A stretch of 64,000 nucleotides of DNA from Novakomyces olei. Taxonomy: Eukaryota. The position numbers and the translations under genes are program-made. The stretch's first letter is position 1, and each line of letters begins with the position of its first letter. The notes under the pieces are model-generated. The model saw only the letters and a list, made by a program, of their open reading frames with translations, searched no databases and had not been told where the DNA came from. The stretch is taken from assembly GCA_016906335.1 (NCBI GenBank), contig JADEYG010000001.1:124001-188000 (forward strand). The letters are read 5' to 3'. Positions 24,691-34,278 of the stretch are shown here, piece by piece.

Positions 24691-25674
24691 CTATGAAGGA
24701 GGTCGAGCCTCAGTCTGTTTTGTAATTAGCGAATAATGTTCAATGTGCCGGTGGTTGGCAAAATTGAATGAAAGCTGCTTCCCAATCTGTGCCTCGCCGA
24801 GATCAATAGAAGCAGAAATAATAGCATCGCCAGTGCCCGTCTCTTCGGCTATTATATGGCCTTGCGGGCTGACTATACACGAGCCCCCAATCAATTCGTA
24901 TTTCCCGTCATCGACACCAGCTCTCGCTGCCGATACGGACCACGTAGAGTTTGCGTAAGAATTTGCCTGCATGCAGAGTCTGTGCTGGAAGTATACCTCA
25001 TCGATACACTCCTGTTTTGTTTTCCGCTTGGGATCTTGGCCCCACGCATAAGGCGTATACGCCGTAGTATTAAACCCGCACAATACGAGCTCGACTCCCT
25101 GGAGACCGAGGACGCGCCAGCTCTCAGGCCAGCGACGGTCGTTGCAAATAATCATTCCCATGATGGCGTTAATGGACGATTTCGGGTTGAAGGCTTTGAA
25201 CCCGAGATCTCCAATTTTAAAGTACCGCTTTTCAAGATGCTCATTGCCATCGGGATAGTTTGCGGGCTCAACCGTGCCGGGCACATGGATTTTTCGGTAC
25301 TTTGCAATTGCATTCCCGTGCTTATCTACATACACCATCGAATTGAAGTATTCACCATTGTCCGTTTTTTCGGCATAGCCGATGCAAACGTCGATGGCAA
25401 GTTTTCTCGCGTGGTCGAAAAAGGCTTTGACGTTTTTGCTCGAGGTTATTTCCCCACTTTCAAACCAATCATCAAGCTCTGAGCTGTTCAACAGATACCT
25501 GGGGAAAAAGGTGGTGAAAGCTAGTTCGGGAAAGACAACAAGGTCTACACCTTTTGCTTTAGCAATATCAAGCAGGCTGATAAGGCGCTGTATTACATCT
25601 CCACGTGGCGTCGACCTGTTTATTGCTCCAACCTGAGCTGCCGCTACCGTGACTACTCTTTTACTATTTGTCAT
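24691..25674 (-). CDS. Nitrilase-superfamily N-carbamoyl-amino acid amidohydrolase (D-carbamoylase-like)
   Basis: Glu-Lys-Cys triad in VFPELAFTTFFPR, KYRKIHVPG and GMIICNDRRWPE. EHLEKRYF is typical of the DCase branch. Intronless. Confidence 0.9.
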   Translation of the reverse strand: MTNSKRVVTVAAAQVGAINRSTPRGDVIQRLISLLDIAKAKGVDLVVFPELAFTTFFPRYLLNSSELDDWFESGEITSSKNVKAFFDHARKLAIDVCIGYAEKTDNGEYFNSMVYVDKHGNAIAKYRKIHVPGTVEPANYPDGNEHLEKRYFKIGDLGFKAFNPKSSINAIMGMIICNDRRWPESWRVLGLQGVELVLCGFNTTAYTPYAWGQDPKRKTKQECIDEVYFQHRLCMQANSYANSTWSVSAARAGVDDGKYELIGGSCIVSPQGHIIAEETGTGDAIISASIDLGEAQIGKQLSFNFANHRHIEHYSLITKQTEARPPS

Positions 25675-26474
25675 TTCCGCAGTGTCCAGACCTATCCGTC
25701 TCTCGTGACATTTAATTGCGCAACATTATAAACTATAAATCGCTCGTACTAGATTTGGATGACATGTTGCTCGCAAGACTTTCCCTCCTTCAACTGTTAT
25801 CTCGAGTGGGGGACGCTGACAAACTTCGTGTATCTTGGTCACGTGACCTTGATAAGCGATTATTCCTGTGAAATTCTATTGTTCCCAAATTAGCCATAGC
25901 TACGGAATATTCAAGTATCAAGTAATAATTGCCGGCGGCTAACGCCCGCTAATAATATCTGTGAAATAGTGTCGTTGTTATTCTATACACCAACCGTAGT
26001 AAATGCTGTGACCGCTGTGAGCAGTGAAATGCACCGAATCCACCCGCGCATACACATAAATTGGACAAGAAAAGCAGGATATTTGAATAGTAAATTGTTG
26101 AAAAATGGAGCGGTTCATGCATTAGGTCCACGTTAACCTAATTCCCAAAAGCAGGCGATTTGGCCACTAGAACAGTTTGCGGAAAGATAAGCCGATCGAT
26201 GTGGGGGCCACAGCTTGATAACAAGTAATGCTGCAAAAAATCACACGAATCCATTAGTAAAATACGAAATAGTATGTGTGGGTTGGCGAATACAAATGGT
26301 ATCCAAAAATACGAGATAACAAGGGAAGTGGGGGCCAAACACGTCAATCTCAAATTTGACAGAAGTTTAAATAGAGACGATCGTCAAACAATCGACATTG
26401 ACTTTGGCTCTCAGAGTACTATTGTTCAAAAAAATTTGTCTTCAAAGCATCAAATAAAGAACAACACAACCAAG

Positions 26475-28173
26475 ATGTCGATCAACCTAGAGAAAGCTCC
26501 CGATAAATTGGAGGTTTCTGAGAGCCTTAATGGTCTCTCTGAAGAATTCACAAAGGCAGAGGAAAGGCGAATGCTTTTTAAGCTTGATATTACCATTCTT
26601 CCCATGCTGGCAATCCTATATTTTTGCAGGTACGTTGTTGCTAGTTGTTACTTTTTCTGTGGTCTTTTCGTTCACAATTCGAGGCTTTGACTGGATTTTG
26701 TTGCATTTTTCTCACACATCATTTAGCAACGTTGATAAATCAAACTTGAGCAATGCAAAGACCTCGGACCAGTTTAATGACGACATCGGATTCCATGGTC
26801 GCATGTACAATGACATGCTTTCTTACACTAATATTCCTTACATTGTATTTGGACCTTTGATGGGTGCCGTCTCAAAGCGGTACGGAGCGAGTATAGTTTT
26901 ACCAATTTGCATGTTTGTTTTTGGTGCTATGGGAGCCTTGTCTGCTGCTTGCAATAATTATGGTGGACTGCTAGTCGTTCGATTGATTTTATCGGCTGTC
27001 GAGTCCGGTCTCTTTGCCAGTGTCGCGCTTTACCTTAGTCAGTTTTATCGACGTTTGGAATTGGGTGGACGCCTCAGTATCTTTTATGGTGCTTCGCAAT
27101 TTGCTGTGGCGTTTATTGGTCTTATTGCTTACGCTACACTTCGTATTGATGGAACAATTGCCGGATGGCGTATTATGTTTATCATTGAAGGCCTCGTCAC
27201 AGTAGTGGGAGCTATAATGGCGTTTTTCATTCTCCCCAAGTCTCCCGCCAATGCATGGATGCTCACTCCTAAGGAAAGAATGTTTGCTGTGCAACGTATT
27301 GAGGCTGATTCCTCGATATCTTTGAAGGGAGACTTTAACTACATTGTGACCTTGAAGAAGATATTCAAACGCCCTGTGTTTTATTATTGGCTCGTTTCGT
27401 ATACCTTGCTTGGTATGTTTGACTTTTTATTTTAAAATACATGTATTCGCAAATACTAATTAATGCCAGGCATTCCTCTGTTTTCAACGTCGCTGTGGTT
27501 TCCTCAGATTGTTCAGTCTCTCGGTTTCGATACTGTCAAGGTAAGATCATTGCAGTGACATATTTTGTTTTTGATCTTCACATTTTCTTTGTGTATTCGA
27601 ATCTAACATTTGGCATAGACAAATTTGTACACCGTCGCACCAAGCTTGGTGGCCGCCGTTTATCTTGTCGCAGTATGCTATTTGTCAGACTACCTCAAGA
27701 ATAGGTGCAGCATGATTACATTTACGATTTCTCTCTGCATTATCGGATACATTATCCTGGCCGCAATCGACCCGCTCAAACATTTTGGAGTTTCATATTT
27801 TGCAATGTTCCTCATGTCCTGCGGATTTCATGCACCTAGTCCTATTTTTGTTGCCTGGTTCAGCAATAATACGCCAGATGAAAATGAGCGCGCTCTCATG
27901 ACTCCAATTCTCGTATCGCTTTGCAATGCTATGACTTTTGTAGCGTCAAATATCTTTTTCCCTTCTCAGGCTCCTCACTACTACACTGCACTTTACATTA
28001 ATATTGCTGCTGGTGCTCTTAGTCTTATTACCGCTCTGATGATCGAGGCATATATGATACGTCAGAACCGCAAGCTGGACTCACAGCAGGGACAAAAAAT
28101 ACGATCTCAAGATGTTGCGACCCGCGATTTGAAGTTAGGATACAAGGATCCTAAATTTCGATATGTATACTAG
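26475..28173 (+). CDS. MFS anion:cation symporter (Tna1/Dal5 family), multi-exon
   Basis: EERRMLFKLD, DKSNLSNAKT, YLSQFYRRLELGGRLSIFY, GWRIMFIIEG, DPKFRYVY. Confidence 0.88.
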
Positions 28174-28388
28174 CTCGTTGCTCTTTGACATGGATTTGAG
28201 CAGGATGAGCAGGATGAGCAGGCTGGTTATATAGATTTGTTGCCTGATAATTTTGAATATTACCATATCATACTGGTAATTCGAAATGGATATGAATGTT
28301 TTGTAATCTGCATATGATAGTCATTAGTATCCACGCCATTCTTTTACCAACTGTGCGACTTGTGAATACAAAAATAATATGGATAAAT

Positions 28389-28561
28389 ATGGGCAAAAAG
28401 TCTCAAAGCTGCATCGTCGGTGGTGGACCTGGTGGACTTGCTCAGCAATTGCAGCCTCGCAAATATTATATGTGTAAGTAACAGTAGAAGCGCTAAAAGG
28501 TTCGCTCAGCCAAGTTCGTGCTGGTATTAGCTTGTTTCCTAATGGCTGGGAGTATCTGTAG
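28389..28561 (+). pseudogene. Remnant N-terminus of an FAD-dependent monooxygenase (salicylate-hydroxylase/HpxO-like group)
   Basis: Reads MGKKSQSCIVGGGPGGLA, then a frameshift near 28443, then AIAASQILYV*VTVEALKGSLSQVRAGISLFPNGWEYL*. It has GxGxxG plus a degenerate GAGI-x-L-x-PNG motif. Confidence 0.7.
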
Positions 28562-30198
28562 ATTTTTCTTCGAGTTATAATATTCAATTCAGTGGTAAAC
28601 GTGACGAAAGTTGAAGTAAAAGCTCAAAAAAGCTCAATCGGAAAAGTCCGCAATAAATTATTATTTTTGTCGGTTTTGGAGCCATGTTACTTCGTTAGGA
28701 ATTGGTCAAAGTAATACATAAGATAAAATGGATATGCAAAATCAATATTCGAGAACTTCAGGAGAATTATTTGACAGCACGTGATTTGCGCCCAACGAAA
28801 ATTGGCCTGTGACACGAAGAACAGAAACAATTGGGTGTATAATTAATAATAAGGTAAAAGGGCGATATATTTTATTACTAAAAAATATCTCTAATAGGTA
28901 TATCTCCTATCTCAAAGTAATGTTCCGTCTTGGAATCATTTTCATATTGTGACGGGCCCTTTGATAGCGCAAATCTGATTGTTACAATGTTGTACCTAAA
29001 TTTATTCGTTTTGCAATACTGATAAATATCTTGCCGTCGTTATCGCGTGCTCGACCATTAGACATTTTTTGCATTAGTAATTATCCTGAAACTTAACGCG
29101 TAATAACTTGAAATTTAATTTAGCGTGACAATATTTGTGGGTTTGCTCAAGATAACTGACATAACACCCTGTCAAAAATAATAAGTACATGCCGAAATCG
29201 GGCTTTGTCAGATGCTGCACCTTGAATGGCATTTGTCTTAGAACATATGCCGCACACTGCCGTGAATTGTCCCGGCGTCGTCAATATTGATTGCTGAGCT
29301 AGCATTACCATTTATTCAAGTCCATGGAGCTCTAGGTGTGAGATACTATGAAAGTGGGATAAGGTATCAGAGTGCTCAACGCATTTAATACGTAGTCTTA
29401 CTCGGCGTTGTGTGCTATCGCAGCAGTTTCCATAAAACATAGCATAAAACAAGAGACATTTAAACGACCACTTTGTACACGAAAGCACTCTCATCGATAA
29501 AAATGAACATGAAAACCTATCTGGGATCAGGTCGATCCCGGGGGCATAGTACAGTACTGTGCCCATAGTGCAATTGGCCATTACGCAAACGTTGGCCGCT
29601 TCACGTTTTTCAAAAGAACTCATACGTCTCGCCAGCGTCCAAATTATATACTAGCCCACGGAACCAGATTGATTAATCCCACGTATCTACTCATACTATA
29701 ATATGCAGTTCAAGTTATAGGAGTCCATACGTAACGATGATGGCTACTCGGCGGAAGCGGGCAATAAAAAAAGTCAAATTACGTAGAATTGCCGCGGCTA
29801 TTATGTTAATCATTCTAGCGCATGTTATCTTGCAAGCCACAGGACAGTAAGGCTCGTTTTAAATTGCGCGAGTCACCTATGAATGACTAAATATCGCGTG
29901 CTTCGATTACTATATCGGGATAAGACAGTATAGGTATAGTACAATTATTATATGATATAGTACGCTAGTCAGTATGTCGCCGCTTACAAACCCCCACAAT
30001 AGACAAGTTTTGGCATTCAATTGTATAAGTAGCGGGTCAGAGCCGGTTTTTAAAACATCAACCCTGTCGCTGTAACGCAAGGCCTCTTTGCAATTTCAGC
30101 TTTGCAAAGCAAGGCTGCCACTGTAGATTGCTTGGACTGAATAAGCACAGAGGACACGAACGGAAACAAAAATAGCCATTGGGACAGTTTAAAGCAAG

Positions 30199-31848
30199 AT
30201 GGGAATCACAGAGTATTTTTATGGCAGAGCAGCGAGTCCGGACAAGCATTCGGATGATGAGAAAAATGAAAATTTTATCGAAAACACGGGTCATCCTGTA
30301 GCGGTTCATCATGTTGGTCATAATTTCGATAATAGCGAGATTGCAAAGTATTGGATGGATATATATGAAGAGGCAAAATACGAGTCGCGTCATCAAATTG
30401 ACCCGAAGTTTGCTTGGGAGCCAGTGGAGGAAAAACGACTCGTCCGTAAGACTGATTGGTACGTAACTTTCTGGGCCTTTATTATGTTTGTTGGTCTCAA
30501 TATCGATCGATACAACATGGCAAATGCTACGGCCGGCACAATTTTGGAGGATTTGAATTTAACAACAAACGATTACAATCTGGGAAACACGATAAATTTT
30601 GTTTGCTTTTTAGCGGCAGAGCTCCCGTCCCAGTTAATTTCAAAATGGGTTGGACCCGATCGCTGGATCCCAATTCAACTTACACTATGGAGCGTTGTAT
30701 CGATTAGTCAGTGCCGAATGACATCACGTAGCGGATTTCTTGCCACTAGAGCTTTGATCGGTGCACTTGAAGGCGGATTCATCCCGGATGTCTCCCTGTG
30801 GATGTCTTATTTTTACAAAAACAACGAGCTGTCTGTCCGTTTTGCTTGGTTTTATATCGCAAATCCTTTTACCCAGGCCGTGACGGGCCTTTTGTCTGCG
30901 GCAATTTTCACGCTGCACGATGCGAGGGGTATGAGAGGATGGCAATGGATTTTCCTTATTGAAGGATTGATCACGCTTATCATTGGCCTTTGCTCCTTCT
31001 TTAAGATGCCGGCCTCCGTAGTTCAAACTCGAACGTGGTTCCGACGCAGTGGATGGTACACCGACCGGGAGGAGAAAATAATGGTGAACCGTGTCATCCG
31101 CGATGATCCAAGCAAAGGCGAACTGAACAACCGTCAGCCAATCAATCTGCAGATGCTGTGGAAATCGCTCATAGATTATGACCTGTGGCCGTTATACGTA
31201 TCCCGATTGTTCCTTGATATTGTGGCACAACCATTGACCAGATACGCGTCTATTATTCTGAGAAGTCAGCATTTTTCAACCGCTATAAACAATTTGCTGC
31301 AGGTGCCTTACGCCGCTTTTCAAATAATAACAATGGTATGCATGAGTCACGGAGCGCGCAGGTACAGACAGTTTGGTATTTTCCTTTCTGTCACGGCAAT
31401 CTGGTTATTGCCTTGTCTCGCTGCCATGCTCTGGTGGCCCGAGTACAGGCACAATGTATGGCCCAGCTATATTATTTTATTTTTCGCCCTGAGCTATCCG
31501 CCTTCTTGGCCCATCACGATCGCTTGGACGTCGGAGAACTCGAACAGTGTTCGCACCCGGTCAGTTTCTGCCGCTATTGTGAATATGTTTTCACAGAGCG
31601 CCAACATTATTGGAGCCAATTTGTTTAGACAGGACGATGCTCCGGCTTACAAGCGGGGTTTAAGGCAAGATTTTGCTATTTGCATCGCGGCTATTGTTTG
31701 TGTATACCTCACCAGATACTACTACATGGTCAAAAACAAGATCCGTGAACGCAAGTGGGCCGCAATGAGCCCAGAGCAGCAAATGGACTATATCAAAAAC
31801 ACGCCCGAGCAGGGAAACAAGCGCCTTGATTTCAGGTTCGCTTACTGA
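30199..31848 (+). CDS. MFS ACS transporter, Soa1(YIL166C)/AstA-like sulfonate/sulfur-anion permease
   Basis: KYESRHQIDPKFAW..EEKRLVRKTD, ELPSQLISK..GPDRWIP, RDDPSKGELNNRQ, NKRLDFRFAY. Confidence 0.8.
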   Translation: MGITEYFYGRAASPDKHSDDEKNENFIENTGHPVAVHHVGHNFDNSEIAKYWMDIYEEAKYESRHQIDPKFAWEPVEEKRLVRKTDWYVTFWAFIMFVGLNIDRYNMANATAGTILEDLNLTTNDYNLGNTINFVCFLAAELPSQLISKWVGPDRWIPIQLTLWSVVSISQCRMTSRSGFLATRALIGALEGGFIPDVSLWMSYFYKNNELSVRFAWFYIANPFTQAVTGLLSAAIFTLHDARGMRGWQWIFLIEGLITLIIGLCSFFKMPASVVQTRTWFRRSGWYTDREEKIMVNRVIRDDPSKGELNNRQPINLQMLWKSLIDYDLWPLYVSRLFLDIVAQPLTRYASIILRSQHFSTAINNLLQVPYAAFQIITMVCMSHGARRYRQFGIFLSVTAIWLLPCLAAMLWWPEYRHNVWPSYIILFFALSYPPSWPITIAWTSENSNSVRTRSVSAAIVNMFSQSANIIGANLFRQDDAPAYKRGLRQDFAICIAAIVCVYLTRYYYMVKNKIRERKWAAMSPEQQMDYIKNTPEQGNKRLDFRFAY

Positions 31849-32852
31849 AACCAATGCGAATCTGTCTTTACGTGTGTTTGACACTTTGCACTACGTCATT
31901 ATTGCTTTATCGTCTTTTTTGTCTACCATACATTTATCCATACATTTATCATTGAACATTTGACTATATATTCTTTTGCCTGTTATTAACCTGTTTAGCG
32001 TACACTCATACTTTACAATCTCTGGGGACATGAAAAGTGCAATTCTGCACGTTACTGGCAGCGAGCAGCATCGTTATATGCACTTTTCTGCATAGTTTTA
32101 TTTTATATTATTTATTTATTTACTTATCTGTTTATTTATTTATTTTTCCTAAAGATTTATTCGTATTTCTGATACCTGTTGAAATAGATTAGACATGAAT
32201 ATATATGTTATAGACCCAGCAAGATCTGTCGCTCAGGCACGCGTGCATTTAACAGGTGAATAAATTGGTCGGCTTTAGTAGGCTTTTAGGCGTAACCGCA
32301 ATCCATACCGCTATTGTTATTTCCTTCTGCAAGTAATCTTTGAGTCAATCATCGATTATAGCGTTTCGACATCTGTTGCAGTACGATTACTTGCAATTAC
32401 TTGCATACTCCGCCAACTAAATAGCCTAATACTCGAGTACCAAAGTACCCAAAAAAGCCTAAATGCCAACCAAATACACTGAACACCCACACCAAAAACC
32501 CTAAACACCCCAGCGATCCAACACCTAAACGCTCAACATCACGTAATCGTATATATTGCGTGACCATATATATATTGCCTAATCGTATATATTGCGTCAA
32601 AGTATAGGCGTAGTAGACATTGTATTTCCGAGCGCGCCGAAAGTCATAAATTAATAAACAAAGTATAAATTAATAATAATTGCCGTGACTAGTAGCCGTG
32701 ACGTCGTAGTCGGCGTGGTGGTGCAATTATTTATTATTGCCGTCCCCGAGTTAAGAGTAATCCGTGAACCGTAATCCGCAATCACACATTCAGTATACAA
32801 ATACCAGTGCCTACCGAGACCACAGAGCAGTGCCACAACTACCTGAATCCAT

Positions 32853-33890
32853 ATGTCTGGCAGAGTGTACCGTCTCGGTGGCGGAGACGGCTTTGAGCAG
32901 CGGCTCAGCGTGAAGCAAGAGCCTCACGGCTCGCCTGGTCCCGGGCAAGTGCTGATCCGCATCCGCGCTGTATCGCTCAACTACCGCGATATCGCGATCG
33001 TCGTTCGGCAGTACCCCGGACGCGTAGAGGACGGGGTAGTGCCCCTCTCTGACGGTGCCGGTGACGTCATTGCCCTCGGCGAGGGAGTAACGAGCGTGCG
33101 GGTGGGCGACCGTGTGTGCCCGAATTTCAGTCCGGGACTGCTGAGCGGGAACAGCTCGCCCGTTGCCCTGTCTGAGGCTTTGGGCGGAGGATTGGACGGA
33201 ATGCTGAGAGAGTACGGAGTGTTCCCAGAGACCTCACTCGTCAAGATCCCCGACTATCTGTCGTACGAGGAAGCGGCGACTCTGCCCTGCGCAGCAGTAA
33301 CTGCGTGGCACGGACTCTTCACGAACGCTAATGTGCCTTTCCTTCCGGGGCAGAACGTACTCGCGATCGGTACTGGCGGAGTATCCATATTTGCTCTGCA
33401 ATTGGCAGTGGCCGCTGGTGCTAATGTTATTGTTACTTCCTCGTCTGACGCAAAGCTTGAGCACGCTAAACGGCTGGGCGCTCTCCATACTATAAACTAT
33501 AGCACTACGCCCGAGTGGGGTGAGGAGGTCAAGCGCCTTACTAACGGCGTCGGAGTGCACCACGTCATTGAAGTCGGTGGGGAGGGCACTTTTCCACAGA
33601 CACTCAAGAGTTTAGCCTTTGCTGGCAATATTGCCGTCGTAGGGTTTGTAGCCAAACCGGAGCAAAGGTACTCCTTCTCCGAGTTTGTGGGGACTGCACT
33701 CGGAGTGCAGGCTAATGTGCGCGGCATTGTTGTCGGCAGCGTTGCCCTCTTTAACCAGCTGGTCGCTGCTCTCTCATCGCACAAGATACACCCTGTCGTG
33801 GATAAAGTTTTTGACTTTGACCACTCTGTCGACGCGTACAAGTACCTGCAAAGCCAGGCTCACCTCGGCAAAGTTGTCATCAAGATTTAG
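32853..33890 (+). CDS. Medium-chain dehydrogenase/reductase (zinc-free, MDR7/quinone-reductase-like)
   Basis: AVSLNYRD, PLSDGAG, EAATLPCAAVTAW, GTGGVSIFALQ, HLGKVVI. Confidence 0.9.
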   Translation: MSGRVYRLGGGDGFEQRLSVKQEPHGSPGPGQVLIRIRAVSLNYRDIAIVVRQYPGRVEDGVVPLSDGAGDVIALGEGVTSVRVGDRVCPNFSPGLLSGNSSPVALSEALGGGLDGMLREYGVFPETSLVKIPDYLSYEEAATLPCAAVTAWHGLFTNANVPFLPGQNVLAIGTGGVSIFALQLAVAAGANVIVTSSSDAKLEHAKRLGALHTINYSTTPEWGEEVKRLTNGVGVHHVIEVGGEGTFPQTLKSLAFAGNIAVVGFVAKPEQRYSFSEFVGTALGVQANVRGIVVGSVALFNQLVAALSSHKIHPVVDKVFDFDHSVDAYKYLQSQAHLGKVVIKI

Positions 33891-34278
33891 CCCTTGGCTC
33901 CCGTGGATCGAATAGTTTAGTCTAATTTAGTCGCGTGTTTGTACCCTATCTGCACTGCAATACCAGAAGCAAGTTGCATTTCATTCACAGTATAGCTATA
34001 CTCAAAATTTTTAGCTACATCAACAAGCATAGCTATATTTAACTCGATAATTGCAGTAAAGCAACAGTCGTTTAATGTTTACGCCGTATACAATCACCGA
34101 TGTTTACCTGTTTACCTGTTTTCCATTGTAAGATAAACGTAAAACAAGCTGGACAAATCTAATCAAATTGGAAAAATGATTGCTCCTAGCAAGAATTGCT
34201 CCCAGCAAGAGCCAGGTCGAGTGACCGTTCGGTATGGTACAGAATTATATATAGAGTATTACTATTCACAGGTCTACG

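Noticed and set aside
24691-25674. Recent bacterial horizontal transfer of the carbamoylase
   Set aside because: Lack of introns is not enough; composition resembles neighbouring genes and fungal homologues exist. A phylogeny is needed.
29200-29225. ALSDAAP as a remnant GDAAH motif of the monooxygenase pseudogene
   Set aside because: Too short, with no intervening homology visible by eye.
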